Of a stretch of 64,000 bases of DNA, positions 1 to 10,881 are shown piece after piece. Origin of the DNA: an uncultured Alphaproteobacteria bacterium (lineage in GTDB: Bacteria; Pseudomonadota; Alphaproteobacteria; HIMB59; GCA-002718135); NCBI GenBank assembly GCA_902601455.1, contig CACKNC010000001.1, positions 167,162 through 231,161 of the forward strand. Reading direction: 5' to 3'. A model generated the notes under the pieces. It made no database searches, was not told the DNA's origin, and worked only from the letters and a program-made list of their open reading frames with translations. A program made the position numbers and the translations under genes. Within the stretch, counting starts at the first letter, position 1. Every line of letters begins with the position of its first letter.

Positions 1-337
1 AAAGTCTTTTACGTCTTGTTATAAGTCTAGGTTAAATCAAAATGTTTTGACAGTGTTAAAAGATGAGGGTTATATTAGAGATTTTAAGGACGTTGAAATT
101 AGAAAAGGCATTAGTAATATTCAAATTGATCTGAAATATTATAATGGATCACCTGTTATCAAAAATATTAAAAGAGTTTCTAAACCAGGTATAAGAGTTT
201 ATTCAAAGATTTCAGATTTGCCAAAAATTTATGGAGGACTAGGCATATCAATATTGTCTACACCTAAAGGAGTTATGTCTGACAATCAAGCTAGAAAAAA
301 TAATGTGGGTGGTGAGATCCTTTGTGAGGTGTTTTAA
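1..337 (+). CDS. rpsH: 30S ribosomal protein S8, 5'-truncated by window edge
   Basis: SKPGIRVY, GLGISILSTPKGVM and GGEILC motifs; frame is open from position 2 (KSFTSCYKSRLNQNVLTVLK), so the true start lies upstream of the window. Confidence 0.97.
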   Translation, partial: KSFTSCYKSRLNQNVLTVLKDEGYIRDFKDVEIRKGISNIQIDLKYYNGSPVIKNIKRVSKPGIRVYSKISDLPKIYGGLGISILSTPKGVMSDNQARKNNVGGEILCEVF

Positions 338-339
338 TT

Positions 340-873
340 ATGTCTAGGATAGCTAAAAATAGTATTAAAATTAATCAAGATGTATCCTGTAAATTCGAAA
401 GTGGTAATTTTTACGCCAAAGGTAAACTAGGAGAAATGAATCTTCAAATTGACCCATTGTACACTGTTGAGATCAATGAAAATGAAATTCATGTTAACCC
501 AATTGACCAAAAAGATAAAGAAAATCCAAAATGGGGAACTACAAGATCATTAGTGGCAAATATTGTTACTGGTGTTACTGAGGGTTTTACAAAAACGTTG
601 GAATTAAATGGAACAGGTTATCGCGCAAGTATAGCAGGTTCTACACTTAAATTACAACTAGGATTTAGTCATGATATTGATCATGTCATACCAAAAGAAA
701 TTAAAGCTGAATGTCCAAAACAAAATATAATAAAGTTATCAAGCTATAACAAAGAAATATTAGGAGCAACCGCTGCAAAAATAAGGTCTTATCGTAAACC
801 TGAGCCTTTTAAGGGTAAAGGCATTAAGTACGAAAATGAATTTATATTTAGAAAAGAAGGTAAGAAAAAGTAA
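340..873 (+). CDS. rplF: 50S ribosomal protein L6
   Basis: MSRIAK start, GTGYRA, LGFSH, RKPEPFKGKGI; spc operon order. Confidence 0.98.
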   Translation: MSRIAKNSIKINQDVSCKFESGNFYAKGKLGEMNLQIDPLYTVEINENEIHVNPIDQKDKENPKWGTTRSLVANIVTGVTEGFTKTLELNGTGYRASIAGSTLKLQLGFSHDIDHVIPKEIKAECPKQNIIKLSSYNKEILGATAAKIRSYRKPEPFKGKGIKYENEFIFRKEGKKK

Positions 874-882
874 GGTTTTTAT

Positions 883-1224
883 ATGATAGATAAAAGAACA
901 AGAAGAGTAAGAAACAAGCTTAAAAAGGTGTCTAAAAGAAACAGATTATCTGTATTTAGATCTAATAATCATTTATATGCGCAAATTATTGATGATACCA
1001 AAGGAATTACAATAGCCAGCGCCTCTACTGTTGAAAAAAATTTAACTGATCAATTTTCAAAAATTAATAAAAAAGAATCCGCTGAGTTAGTTGGTAAAAA
1101 AATTGCTGAAAGAGGTCTGGCAAATGGTGTAAAAGACGTAGCATTTGATAAAGGTAAATATAAATATCATGGACTAATTAAAATTTTAGCAGACTCAGCA
1201 AGAACAGAAGGTTTAAATTTTTAG
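883..1224 (+). CDS. rplR: 50S ribosomal protein L18
   Basis: [28 protein letters not shown]; synteny. Confidence 0.97.
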   Translation: MIDKRTRRVRNKLKKVSKRNRLSVFRSNNHLYAQIIDDTKGITIASASTVEKNLTDQFSKINKKESAELVGKKIAERGLANGVKDVAFDKGKYKYHGLIKILADSARTEGLNF

Positions 1225-1232
1225 GAAATATT

Positions 1233-1748
1233 ATGATGGATAATGATAACAAAGAATTTAGTGAACACTTAGTCACAATAAATAGAGTTGCAAAAGTTGT
1301 TAAAGGTGGAAGACGTTTTGGTTTTGCAGCTATTATGATTGTGGGAGATAATAAAGGTAGAGTTGGTTATGGAACTGGAAAAGCAAAGGAAGTTCCTGAA
1401 GCAGTAAGAAAAGCAACGGAAAATGCAAAAAATAAGATGGTTAGAGTCCATCTAAAAGATAATAGAACCATTCATCACGACATCGTTGGGAGGTTTGGAG
1501 CTGGAAAAGTAATACTAAGATCAGCTGCTCCTGGAACAGGTATCATCGCTGGAGGACCAATGAGAGCTTTATTTGAGTCTCTAGGAATCAAAGATGTTGT
1601 AGCCAAATCAACTGGCACCTCAAATCCTCACAATATGTTAAAAGCTACTTTTAATGCATTTAAAATTTCAGAATCTCCTAAATCGGTTGCTGCAAAGAGA
1701 TCTAAAAAAATTACAGAAATAGTTAAGTCAAAACAGGAACAAAACTAA
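1233..1748 (+). CDS. rpsE: 30S ribosomal protein S5
   Basis: [24 protein letters not shown] motifs. Confidence 0.98.
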   Translation: MMDNDNKEFSEHLVTINRVAKVVKGGRRFGFAAIMIVGDNKGRVGYGTGKAKEVPEAVRKATENAKNKMVRVHLKDNRTIHHDIVGRFGAGKVILRSAAPGTGIIAGGPMRALFESLGIKDVVAKSTGTSNPHNMLKATFNAFKISESPKSVAAKRSKKITEIVKSKQEQN

Positions 1749-1763
1749 AAAGGAATATATAAT

Positions 1764-2222
1764 ATGAAAATTAATGAGTTACCCTCCACCTTAACTTCTG
1801 CAAAAAAAAGAAAAAGAAGAGGCAGAGGAGCTGGTTCTGGTTTAGGTAAAACCTCTGGAAGAGGTGTAAAAGGTCAAAAATCCAGATCTGGCGTTTCAAT
1901 AAATGGATTTGAGGGAGGTCAAATGCCTTTGTATCGCAGACTTCCAAAAAGAGGTTTTAAAAACTACTTTCAAAAAAAGGTACAAAATATAAACTTCAAT
2001 ACAATAAGTCACTTGTTAAACAAATATAATATTAACCCCCAAGAAATAAAAGAGGCTGATCTTTTTGCAAAAAAAATCTTCTCTAAAAGCAAAGGTGATT
2101 TGAAGTTACTAGGTGTTGGAAAGTTTGATGATAAAATAAATATTGAAATTTCTTATGCATCAAAAACAGCTATTCAAAAAGTAGAAAAAGCTGGTGGAAC
2201 AATTACTTTAATAAAAAAATAA
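1764..2222 (+). CDS. rplO: 50S ribosomal protein L15
   Basis: [40 protein letters not shown]. Confidence 0.98.
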   Translation: MKINELPSTLTSAKKRKRRGRGAGSGLGKTSGRGVKGQKSRSGVSINGFEGGQMPLYRRLPKRGFKNYFQKKVQNINFNTISHLLNKYNINPQEIKEADLFAKKIFSKSKGDLKLLGVGKFDDKINIEISYASKTAIQKVEKAGGTITLIKK

Positions 2223-2223
2223 T

Positions 2224-3564
2224 ATGGCATCTGCAGCTGAAAGACTTGCAAATAATTTAAATTTTGGTGCTTTAGGCAAAGCAAAAGAATTGAGAAATAG
2301 ATTACTTTTTACGTTAGGTGCACTAATCGTATTTAGGCTTGGAACATTTTTGCCAATCCCAGGAATCAACCCTATTGCTCTTCAGCAATTTTTTGAACAA
2401 CAATCCTCGGGTATACTCGGAATTTTTGATACATTTTCAGGTGGAGCTCTTGGTAGAATGGGTATCTTTGCTTTAGGTGTAATGCCATACATTTCCGCAT
2501 CGATAATTATGACTTTAATGCAGTCAAGTATCCCACATCTTAAGAATTTAAAAGAGCAGGGGTCAAAAGGTAGGAGACAAATTATACAGTATTCAAGATA
2601 TTTAACAGTTATTATTGCTGCTCTCCAAGGATACGGGGTATCAATTGGACTTGAGTCAATGCAAACTGCATATGGAAATATTGTTTTTGAACCAGGACTT
2701 TTTTTTAGATTAACAACAGTAATTACTTTAGTCGGTGGTACTGTTTTTCTTATGTGGCTAGGTGAGCAAATAACCTCAAGGGGAGTAGGTAATGGTATAT
2801 CTTTGATTATTACAGCAGGAATAATTGCAAATCTTCCAAGTGCTTTAGTTAGCACTTTGCAACTAGGGAGAACTGGAGAGCTAAGTATTGCATTTATTTT
2901 AGGAATACTAATTTTAGTTTTAGGTTTAATTATATTTATAGTCTTTGTTGAAAAAGGACAAAGAAGACTTGTTGTTCAGTATCCAAAAAGGCAAGTAGGT
3001 AACAAGATCTATGGAGGACAAAGTTCTCATCTACCTCTAAAAATTAACACAGCAGGAGTTATACCTGTAATATTTGCTTCATCTATTCTGCTTTTACCGA
3101 ATACTATGTCTGGCTTTGGAGCAGGATCATCAAGTGACATTTTTTTATTTGTTTCTAGTTATCTTGGCAGAGGTCAACCACTGTACCTTGCTTTTTTTGC
3201 TGCAATGATAATATTTTTTGGTTTTTTTTATACAGGAATTGTTTTTAACCCCGATGAGCAAGCAGAAAACTTACGAAAATATGGAGGTTTCATTCCTGGT
3301 ATTAGGCCTGGCGAAAATACCTCAAAATATATTGATTATGTTTTAACGAGATTAACTACAGTTGGAACAATTTATTTGTCACTCGTTGCATTACTCCCAG
3401 AGTTCTTAATTTCAAAGACTTCTATACCTTTCTATTTAGGAGGTACTAGTTTGTTAATTGTGGTAGTCGTCATGATTGATTTTATTACTCAAGTACAATC
3501 ACATTTATTTCAACATCAATATGAAGGTTTGTTAAAAAAAACAAAACTAAAAGGTAGAAGATAA
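2224..3564 (+). CDS. secY: Preprotein translocase subunit SecY
   Basis: Multi-TM protein; IFALGVMPYISASII, WLGEQITSRGVGNGISL, IPGIRPG. Confidence 0.98.
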   Translation: MASAAERLANNLNFGALGKAKELRNRLLFTLGALIVFRLGTFLPIPGINPIALQQFFEQQSSGILGIFDTFSGGALGRMGIFALGVMPYISASIIMTLMQSSIPHLKNLKEQGSKGRRQIIQYSRYLTVIIAALQGYGVSIGLESMQTAYGNIVFEPGLFFRLTTVITLVGGTVFLMWLGEQITSRGVGNGISLIITAGIIANLPSALVSTLQLGRTGELSIAFILGILILVLGLIIFIVFVEKGQRRLVVQYPKRQVGNKIYGGQSSHLPLKINTAGVIPVIFASSILLLPNTMSGFGAGSSSDIFLFVSSYLGRGQPLYLAFFAAMIIFFGFFYTGIVFNPDEQAENLRKYGGFIPGIRPGENTSKYIDYVLTRLTTVGTIYLSLVALLPEFLISKTSIPFYLGGTSLLIVVVVMIDFITQVQSHLFQHQYEGLLKKTKLKGRR

Positions 3565-3567
3565 TAA

Positions 3568-4146
3568 ATGAAGATAGTCTTTTTTGGTCCTCCTGGGTCA
3601 GGAAAAGGAACTCAAGCAAAATTATTATCATCAAAACTAAATATACAACATCTATCTACCGGTGATATTTTGAGAGAAAAATTAAAAGATAATGATCAGC
3701 TATCAAATAAATTGAAAGAAATAATGTCAGCAGGCCATCTTGTTTCTGATGAAATACTTAATAAAATAGTTTCTGAAAAATTAACTAGTAAAGAAAGCTT
3801 AGAAGGTTTCATTTTAGATGGTTATCCTAGAACAATCGCTCAGTCTAATTATTTATTATCATTTATGAACAAAAATAATTTAAATTTTGATTTAATAATT
3901 GATTTTAAAATTGACTTTAAAACAGTTGAAGAAAGAATAGTAAATAGGTCTAAGCAAGAAAAAAGATCAGATGATAACCTTGATGTAATTAAAACTCGTT
4001 TAGAAAAATATATGCAAGAAACCTATCCTGTTTCAGAGGTATTTAAAAATCAATTTAATGATAAAAGTTATTTATTGGATGCATCTCAAGAAATTTCAAA
4101 AATTCAAAAAGAATTAATAGAAATAGCAAAAAAGGGGAAAAATTAA
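3568..4146 (+). CDS. adk: Adenylate kinase (short-LID form)
   Basis: GPPGSGKGTQA P-loop, HLSTGDILR, LDGYPRT, RSDD; follows secY. Confidence 0.96.
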   Translation: MKIVFFGPPGSGKGTQAKLLSSKLNIQHLSTGDILREKLKDNDQLSNKLKEIMSAGHLVSDEILNKIVSEKLTSKESLEGFILDGYPRTIAQSNYLLSFMNKNNLNFDLIIDFKIDFKTVEERIVNRSKQEKRSDDNLDVIKTRLEKYMQETYPVSEVFKNQFNDKSYLLDASQEISKIQKELIEIAKKGKN

Positions 4147-4168
4147 GTGAAATCTAGCATTTCAAAGC

Positions 4169-4198
4169 TTGACTTAAGCATGATATTTAATGTATGCA
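4169..4198 (+). promoter_or_regulatory. Putative sigma70 promoter of the rpsM (alpha) operon
   Basis: TTGACT(4169-4174)-N18-TATGCA in the only sizeable gap of the operon; -10 is imperfect. Confidence 0.4.
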
Positions 4199-4229
4199 CC
4201 CTCATTCATTTTAAAAATAGGCTGAGATA

Positions 4230-4610
4230 ATGGCACGAATTTCTGGAGTTAATATTCCCACAAATAAGAAGATTAACATTGCTCTTACATACATCTTTGG
4301 CATTGGCCCAAAAATCGCAGGCGATATTTGTTCTGAAGCTTCAATAGATATTTCAAAAAGAGTAAGTGAGCTTAACGATGAAGATATTAATAAAATCAGA
4401 GATTTAATTGATCAAAAACATGTTGTGGAAGGTGACCTTAGAAGAAAAGTTTCATTAGATATTAAGAGGTTAAATGATCTTGGTTGTTATAGAGGTCTAA
4501 GACATAGAAAAAAACTACCTGTTAGGGGTCAAAGAACGCATACAAATGCAAGAACTAGAAAAGGTAAGGCAGTTGCAATTGCTGGTAAGAAAAAAGTAAC
4601 TAAGGGTTAA
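4230..4610 (+). CDS. rpsM: 30S ribosomal protein S13
   Basis: [38 protein letters not shown]. Confidence 0.98.
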   Translation: MARISGVNIPTNKKINIALTYIFGIGPKIAGDICSEASIDISKRVSELNDEDINKIRDLIDQKHVVEGDLRRKVSLDIKRLNDLGCYRGLRHRKKLPVRGQRTHTNARTRKGKAVAIAGKKKVTKG

Positions 4611-4612
4611 GT

Positions 4613-4999
4613 ATGGCGGAAAAGAAAAAAACTAAATCAAAAGTAAAAAAGAAACTTTCTTCTGGAGTTGCTCACGTTGTATCTTCCTTTAATAATACCA
4701 TAATCACAATAACTGATGATAATGGAAATGCTCTAGCTTGGTCTTCTGCTGGGCATAAAGGGTTTAAAGGTTCAAGAAAATCTACTCCATATGCAGCTCA
4801 AATTGCTGCTGAGGATGTTGGTAACAAAGCAAAAGAGCATGGAATTAAAACTTTGAAAGTTGAGGTGTCAGGACCTGGATCAGGTAGGGAGTCTGCTTTA
4901 AGATCTCTTCAGGCGATAGGATATATTATAACTTCAATTAAAGATGTTACGCCAATTCCTCACAATGGTTGTAGACCAAGAAAACGAAGAAGAGTTTAA
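4613..4999 (+). CDS. rpsK: 30S ribosomal protein S11
   Basis: [37 protein letters not shown]. Confidence 0.98.
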   Translation: MAEKKKTKSKVKKKLSSGVAHVVSSFNNTIITITDDNGNALAWSSAGHKGFKGSRKSTPYAAQIAAEDVGNKAKEHGIKTLKVEVSGPGSGRESALRSLQAIGYIITSIKDVTPIPHNGCRPRKRRRV

Positions 5000-5015
5000 A
5001 TAAAAGGAGTATTAA

Positions 5016-6038
5016 GTGTTACAAAAAAATTGGATGGAACTTATAAAACCAAGCAAGATGGATGTTAATGTTCAAGAAAATGATGGAAGAAAAGGAGTGT
5101 TGATTGCTGAGCCTTTAGAAAGAGGCTTTGGGTTAACTTTAGGAAATGCAATAAGAAGAGTGCTACTATCTTCATTACAGGGTGCCGCTATTACTTCTGT
5201 AAAAATAAAAGGTGTTGTGCATGAATTTTCTACAATCCCTGGTGTTAAGGAAGATTTAACAGATATATTATTAAATCTAAAATCTATAGCGGTTAAGGTA
5301 CATTCTCCTGGACTTAAAAAAATGTATATTAAAGCAACTGGTCCCGGTGAGATAAGAGCTGGAAATTTCGAAACAGACTCAGAGACTGAGATCATGAACA
5401 AAAATCAGCTTATAATGACTTTGGACAACAATGCTGATATTGAAATTGAAGCAAATATTGAAACAGGCAAAGGCTATGTGTCTGCTGAAGTTGCAGATGA
5501 TGAAAATAAAATTATAGGTGAAATTAAGTTAGATGCAATGTTCAGTCCTGTAGTAAAAGCAACTTACAAAATTGAAAACAGTAGAGTAGGTCAAGTTACT
5601 GATTATGATAAGCTAATATTTGAAGTTGAAACTAACGGAGTAGTATCTCCTGACGATGCTATTGCCCTTGCTTCTAGAATACTGCAAGATCAATTGCAGC
5701 CATTTATTAATTTTGATGAACCAGAGATTCAGCAAGATCAAAGTTCTGCTGAAAACTTATCTTTTAATTCAAATCTTCTTAAAAAAGTAGAGGAACTTGA
5801 GCTTTCAGTTAGATCTGCTAATTGTCTTAAAAATGATAATATTATATACATTGGTGACCTAGTTCAAAAATCTGAGTCAGAAATGTTAAGAACGCCAAAT
5901 TTTGGAAGAAAATCTTTAAACGAAATAAAAGAGGTTTTAACTCAAATGGAACTAAACCTTGGTATGTCAGTACCAGATTGGCCACCAGAAAATATTGATG
6001 AATTAGCAAAAAAATATGAGGATCCATTTAACAAATAG
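5016..6038 (+). CDS. rpoA: RNA polymerase alpha subunit (GTG start)
   Basis: [42 protein letters not shown]; SD AAGGAG upstream. Confidence 0.98.
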   Translation: MLQKNWMELIKPSKMDVNVQENDGRKGVLIAEPLERGFGLTLGNAIRRVLLSSLQGAAITSVKIKGVVHEFSTIPGVKEDLTDILLNLKSIAVKVHSPGLKKMYIKATGPGEIRAGNFETDSETEIMNKNQLIMTLDNNADIEIEANIETGKGYVSAEVADDENKIIGEIKLDAMFSPVVKATYKIENSRVGQVTDYDKLIFEVETNGVVSPDDAIALASRILQDQLQPFINFDEPEIQQDQSSAENLSFNSNLLKKVEELELSVRSANCLKNDNIIYIGDLVQKSESEMLRTPNFGRKSLNEIKEVLTQMELNLGMSVPDWPPENIDELAKKYEDPFNK

Positions 6039-6044
6039 CATCTT

Positions 6045-6479
6045 ATGAAACATAATATTAAACATAGGAAATTAAATAGAACTTCTTCTCACAGGAAGGC
6101 TCTTTTGATGAACCTTTCAAATTCTTTAATAAAACACGAACAGATTAAAACTACACTTCCAAAGGCTAAAGAGCTGAGACCTTTCATTGAAAAAGTTGTT
6201 ACTTTAGGAAAGAAAGGTGATTTATCTGCAAGAAGAAAAACAATGTCAATTCTTCAGGATGAAAAGATGACAAAAAAAATTTTTGAAATTCTTGCTGACA
6301 GATATAGCGAAAGAAATGGTGGTTATACAAGAATAATTAAACTTGGTAATAGATATGGTGATAATGCGCCAACTGCAGTAATTGAATTTGTTGACAGGGA
6401 TGAAGATGCTAAGGGCTTAGATAGTGGACCAGTTATAGAAAAAAAGCTCACTGAAGAAGAACAGCTTCCTCAAAATTAA
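6045..6479 (+). CDS. rplQ: 50S ribosomal protein L17
   Basis: [35 protein letters not shown]. Confidence 0.98.
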   Translation: MKHNIKHRKLNRTSSHRKALLMNLSNSLIKHEQIKTTLPKAKELRPFIEKVVTLGKKGDLSARRKTMSILQDEKMTKKIFEILADRYSERNGGYTRIIKLGNRYGDNAPTAVIEFVDRDEDAKGLDSGPVIEKKLTEEEQLPQN

Positions 6480-6481
6480 TC

Positions 6482-6862
6482 TTGAATAATTTATTGCTAG
6501 TAGCAATTGGTGGTTCCGTAGGAGCCTCAACGAGATATTTTTTTTATTTAACTTCTAAAAATTTTTTTTCTCCAAACTACCTTTTTATTAATACACTTAT
6601 AATTAATATCATAGGGTCATTTTTAATAGGTTATTTAATTGTCATGCTTGAAAATAAGAGTTTTTCACAAGATTTTATAAAATACTTTCTCATTATTGGT
6701 ATTTTAGGATCATTTACTACTTTTTCGACATTTTCTTTAGAGACTATCGAGTTGTTAGTTGATAAAAAATTTTTGTTAGCTTTTTTTTATATTTTTTTAT
6801 CTTTATTTTTATGTTTATCATTTACTTTTCTAGGACTAAATTTTAATAAAATAGTTAATTGA
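6482..6862 (+). CDS. crcB: Fluoride efflux channel FluC/CrcB (TTG start)
   Basis: GGSVGASTRY, TLIINIIGSFLIG, GILGSFTTFSTFSLE; 4 hydrophobic segments. Confidence 0.9.
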   Translation: MNNLLLVAIGGSVGASTRYFFYLTSKNFFSPNYLFINTLIINIIGSFLIGYLIVMLENKSFSQDFIKYFLIIGILGSFTTFSTFSLETIELLVDKKFLLAFFYIFLSLFLCLSFTFLGLNFNKIVN

Positions 6863-7761
6863 TTAAAATATTTATTATAGATAGTAATTCTTCAGATCAA
6901 AGAATAGATAAGTTTCTAAAAAGAAATTTTGACAACTTAACACAAAGTTTTATTGAAAAAAATTTAAGAAAAAAAAATATTTTACTTAATCAACATTTAA
7001 CTAAATCCAATCAAATAATTAAAGTTGATGATAAAATAACAATTAAAAATTTTTCTACAGAAGTATATCAAAAATTTAAAAAGACTCAGCCAACAATAAA
7101 AATTAATAAATCTTACATAGCAAATTTTAAAAAATCTATCTTATATGAAGATGATAATTTTCTAATAATTAATAAATGGTCTGGTATTGCTGTTCAGGGT
7201 GGTTCCAATATTGTAATTTCTATTGATACAATTATCAAAAATATTTCTGAAAATTATAATTTAGTTCATAGGTTAGATAAGGAAACTTCTGGACTGATGA
7301 TAATTGCTAAAAATCTAAAATACACAAGGTTTTTTGGTCAACTTTTTAAATCTCATAAACTTAAAAAAACTTATTTAGCTATTTGTGAAGGAATGCCAAA
7401 GTTAAAAGAGTCTTATGTAGATCTAAACATTAATTCAAATACTAGTGAAAAAATTATTAAAACTAAAACTTTTTATAAAGTCTTGTCATATAATGATAAA
7501 ACTTCTTTAATAAAATTTGAACCAAAGACTGGAAAAAAACATCAACTGCGTTTAGTGGCAAAAAATTTAGGATGTCCTATCGTTGGTGATTTAAAATATA
7601 ATTTGAATCAAAATAAACAGAGAGAAAACCTAAAGTTAAATGCATTTATGTTAGAATTTAATATTGAGGATAATGAATTTAAAATAACATCAGCTTTACC
7701 AAAAGACTTTACTAATTATTTAAAACTAAAGAATATTAAATTTAATCTTAAAACTATTTAA
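6859..7761 (+). CDS. RluA/RluC-family pseudouridine synthase with N-terminal S4 domain
   Basis: QRIDKFL S4 start, NKWSGIAVQGG, catalytic LVHRLDKETSG, TGKKHQLR, PIVGD. Confidence 0.9.
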   Translation: MIKIFIIDSNSSDQRIDKFLKRNFDNLTQSFIEKNLRKKNILLNQHLTKSNQIIKVDDKITIKNFSTEVYQKFKKTQPTIKINKSYIANFKKSILYEDDNFLIINKWSGIAVQGGSNIVISIDTIIKNISENYNLVHRLDKETSGLMIIAKNLKYTRFFGQLFKSHKLKKTYLAICEGMPKLKESYVDLNINSNTSEKIIKTKTFYKVLSYNDKTSLIKFEPKTGKKHQLRLVAKNLGCPIVGDLKYNLNQNKQRENLKLNAFMLEFNIEDNEFKITSALPKDFTNYLKLKNIKFNLKTI

Positions 7762-8401
7762 GACTATTTAGATTTTTTAAAAAAATTTGAGAAAATTCCT
7801 CATCAAATCTTTGTTCATTAATATTTATTCCTAATTCCTTAAGTGACGTATTTCTGAAGTTTTCAAGCCCACATGCGTTGATGTATTTATAATTTTTCAT
7901 ATCTGGATTAATATTAAAACTTAATCCATGATATGTTATCCAGTTTTTTAATCGTAGTCCAATAGCTCCAATTTTTTCTTCTTTACTAAATTTTTTTCCA
8001 TTTTTTCCAGTTACCCAAATTCCTACTCTATTTTTATATGTTGCGCAATCAACGTTATACATATTTAAAAATTCCATAAGTGACATCTCAATAATCGATA
8101 TAAACTGTCTAATATCTTTTTTTCTTTTATTAAGATTAATAATAAAATAAATTATTCTTTGACCTGGTCCATGGTAAGTTGTTTTGCCTCCTCTATTTGT
8201 TTTGACAATTTTTATTTTATTTTTTTTTAATATTTCATTTTTAGAGGCACTTGTTCCTTGAGTATATATATGATCATGATTTAGAAACCATATAAGTTCT
8301 TCTTTCGATTCAACTATAATTTCACTAACTCTTGATTTCATAAATTCTACTGATTTTTCATAATCTACAAAATTATATTGTTTTTTTATTTCTATATTCA
8401 T
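7754..8401 (-). CDS. lipB: Lipoyl(octanoyl) transferase
   Basis: HIYTQGTS, RGGKTTYHGPGQ, KIGAIG, YHGLSFN, INACG. Confidence 0.95.
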   Translation of the reverse strand: MNIEIKKQYNFVDYEKSVEFMKSRVSEIIVESKEELIWFLNHDHIYTQGTSASKNEILKKNKIKIVKTNRGGKTTYHGPGQRIIYFIINLNKRKKDIRQFISIIEMSLMEFLNMYNVDCATYKNRVGIWVTGKNGKKFSKEEKIGAIGLRLKNWITYHGLSFNINPDMKNYKYINACGLENFRNTSLKELGININEQRFDEEFSQIFLKNLNSLK

Positions 8402-8456
8402 TACTTTAACTATATTGATATTATTAACTTATCTGCTATTTAATTCTAGTAAATAT

Positions 8457-8543
8457 GCGGCTGTGGCGGAATTGGTATACGCGCAGCGTTGAGGTCGCTG
8501 TGGGATTTATCCTGTGGAAGTTCAAGTCTTCTCAGCCGCACCA
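8457..8543 (+). tRNA. tRNA-Leu(GAG)
   Basis: Acceptor stem GCGGCTG/CAGCCGC, discriminator A + encoded CCA; anticodon arm CAGCG-TTGAGGT-CGCTG; long variable arm; GTTCAA T-loop; 87 nt. Confidence 0.95.
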
Positions 8544-8578
8544 CATAGCAATTGATAACCGTAATATGATTATAAAAA

Positions 8579-9916
8579 ATGATAAATAAAAATGACCTTA
8601 TTGATTATTTTATTTCAGGGATAAAACATAAAAATAATTTAAAAATTGGAGTTGAACACGAAAAATTTGTATTGGATAAAAACTCTTTTCTTCCCAGAAA
8701 TTATGATGAAAAGCATGGTATTAGAGATATTTTAGAAAGACTCTCTTCTATGGGTTGGACTCCTTCATATGATGATAATCAGAAAACTATAGTTGCTCTC
8801 TTGAAAGGTAAAGAGTCAATAACTCTAGAGCCAGGAGGTCAAATTGAATTATCAGGAGCTCCACTAGATAATATTCATGAAACATGTGAAGAAACAACTC
8901 AACATTTACGAGAGCTTAAAAAATTAGGAGAGGAATTTAATTTTATTCTACTGGGCATCGGCGTTGAACCAAATTTAACGCTCGACGATTTCCCGTGGAT
9001 GCCCAAACAACGTTATAAAATCATGAAAAAATATATGAAACGTGTGGGTACACAAGGTCAACATATGATGAAACGAACTTGTACAAATCAAGTTAACATA
9101 GATTACTCATCTGAAGAGGATATGACTAATAAATTAAGATTGATGTTAAACCTTGAGTCTATAGCAACTGCAATTTTCTCTAACTCCCCCTTTGATCAAG
9201 GCTCTATTTCTAAATACAAAAGTTTAAGATCTCATTTCTGGCATCATACTGACTCTGACAGAACAGGTTTGCTACCATTTGTTTTTGAAAGAAATTTTAA
9301 TTTTGAGAGATATACTGATTACGCACTTAATGTGCCAATGTACTTTATAAAACGAGATAACAAATACATTGATATGACAAACTATACATTTAAGGATTTC
9401 TTTAATGGAAAATGCTCAAATATAAATCATGAGGTTACGCTAAAGGATTGGGAAGACCATTTAACAACTTTATTTCCTCAAGCAAGATTAAAAAAATATA
9501 TTGAAATAAGATCTATGGATGCATGTAATTGGGATTTAATATGTTCTCAACCAGCTTTTTGGATAGGAATTTTATATAATGATGAGATATGTGATAAAGT
9601 GCAAGAGATTACTGAGGATTGGACAAATGAAGATCGACATTATTTAAATCAGCGAGTTCCAGAGGAGGGATTGCAAACTAAATTTAAGCAAAAGAAAATA
9701 ATTGAATTTGCCCAAGAGTTTTATGAATTATCAAAAAAAGGTTTACAGAAAAGAAATAGACTATCTAAAAATGGCGAGTTTGATGAAAGTATACATATGA
9801 AAGAATTAGAGATTAACCTCCAAAAAGGTTGCTCACCTGCTGATAGTTTAATTAAAAAGTTTAACACTAGCTGGAATAAATCAATAGAACCAATTTATAA
9901 AGATTTAATATTCTAA
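8579..9916 (+). CDS. gshA: Glutamate--cysteine ligase (alphaproteobacterial/plant type)
   Basis: IGVEHEKF, ITLEPGGQIELSG, PWMPKQRY, WEDHLTTLFPQARLKKYIEIRSMD; next to gshB. Confidence 0.93.
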   Translation: MINKNDLIDYFISGIKHKNNLKIGVEHEKFVLDKNSFLPRNYDEKHGIRDILERLSSMGWTPSYDDNQKTIVALLKGKESITLEPGGQIELSGAPLDNIHETCEETTQHLRELKKLGEEFNFILLGIGVEPNLTLDDFPWMPKQRYKIMKKYMKRVGTQGQHMMKRTCTNQVNIDYSSEEDMTNKLRLMLNLESIATAIFSNSPFDQGSISKYKSLRSHFWHHTDSDRTGLLPFVFERNFNFERYTDYALNVPMYFIKRDNKYIDMTNYTFKDFFNGKCSNINHEVTLKDWEDHLTTLFPQARLKKYIEIRSMDACNWDLICSQPAFWIGILYNDEICDKVQEITEDWTNEDRHYLNQRVPEEGLQTKFKQKKIIEFAQEFYELSKKGLQKRNRLSKNGEFDESIHMKELEINLQKGCSPADSLIKKFNTSWNKSIEPIYKDLIF

Positions 9917-10857
9917 TGAAAAATAAAATAGCAATTCAAATGGATGATATAAAGACAATTGATTTTGATTTTGATTCATCATTTGTTATTGGTTTAGAAG
10001 GCCAAAGAAGAAACTATGATTTATTTTACTATCATCCAAATGATTTATTTATCGATCAAGGCGAAGTAAAAGCTAAAGGATTTTTTTTAGAATTATTTGA
10101 TCAAAAAACAAATTATTTTAAATTTCTCTCTGATAAAACTGAGGTAAAATTAGAAGAATTTAGATTTATTTTTTTACGACAAGACCCACCATTTAATATG
10201 CATTATATAACGTCTACTTATATTCTGGATTGTTTGCCAAAAAGTACTGTAGTGGTTAATAACCCAACATCAGTAAGAAATGCAGCAGAAAAAATTTTGC
10301 CATTTGAATTTAAAGAATTTATGCCGCCTACAATAATTGCTCAAAAAGTTGAGCAAATAAAAAATTTTTTTAAGATACATAAAGATATCATTACAAAACC
10401 TTTGTATGGAAATGGTGGCGCAGGTATTAATAGAAGTAAGGAAGATAAATTAATAGGAATAGATATAGATTGTGAATATTTAGAAATGCCAATAATGGCA
10501 CAAAAATATATTCCTGAAATTAGTGAGGGTGATAGACGAATTATTTTCTTTGACGGAGATTATGTTGGTTCTGTTGCACGGATTCCTGAAGAGGGTAGTA
10601 TAAAAGCAAACTTTCATGCTGGTGGTTCAGCTAAAAAAACAGGATTAGTTTTTCGTGATCAGCAAATAATTGAAAAACTCGGTAAGGAATTAAAAAAATT
10701 AGATCTTTTTTTTGTAGGAATTGATATTATTGGTGATTACCTTACAGAAATAAACGTTACTTCTCCAACAGGTATTAAGCAGATCAATAAATTAAATAAT
10801 GTTAAATTAGAGCAGGTTTTCTGGGATAAACTTGAAGCAAAATACAAAATAGTTTAA
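9916..10857 (+). CDS. gshB: Glutathione synthetase
   Basis: AIQMD, LRQDPPFNMHYITSTY, KPLYGNGG, EINVTSPTG. Confidence 0.95.
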   Translation: MKNKIAIQMDDIKTIDFDFDSSFVIGLEGQRRNYDLFYYHPNDLFIDQGEVKAKGFFLELFDQKTNYFKFLSDKTEVKLEEFRFIFLRQDPPFNMHYITSTYILDCLPKSTVVVNNPTSVRNAAEKILPFEFKEFMPPTIIAQKVEQIKNFFKIHKDIITKPLYGNGGAGINRSKEDKLIGIDIDCEYLEMPIMAQKYIPEISEGDRRIIFFDGDYVGSVARIPEEGSIKANFHAGGSAKKTGLVFRDQQIIEKLGKELKKLDLFFVGIDIIGDYLTEINVTSPTGIKQINKLNNVKLEQVFWDKLEAKYKIV

Positions 10858-10881
10858 AGTGTAATTAATAAAGGAACAATT

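Noticed and set aside
3568-4146. Short adenylate kinase lacking the long LID
   Set aside because: Short-LID Adk is a known, common variant and the ORF is intact
4146-5016. Absence of infA, rpmJ and rpsD around rpsM-rpsK-rpoA
   Set aside because: Normal gene order for Alphaproteobacteria
8457-8543. tRNA-Leu as integration site for the downstream accessory region
   Set aside because: No integrase and no duplicated tRNA 3' end seen; housekeeping gshAB follow immediately
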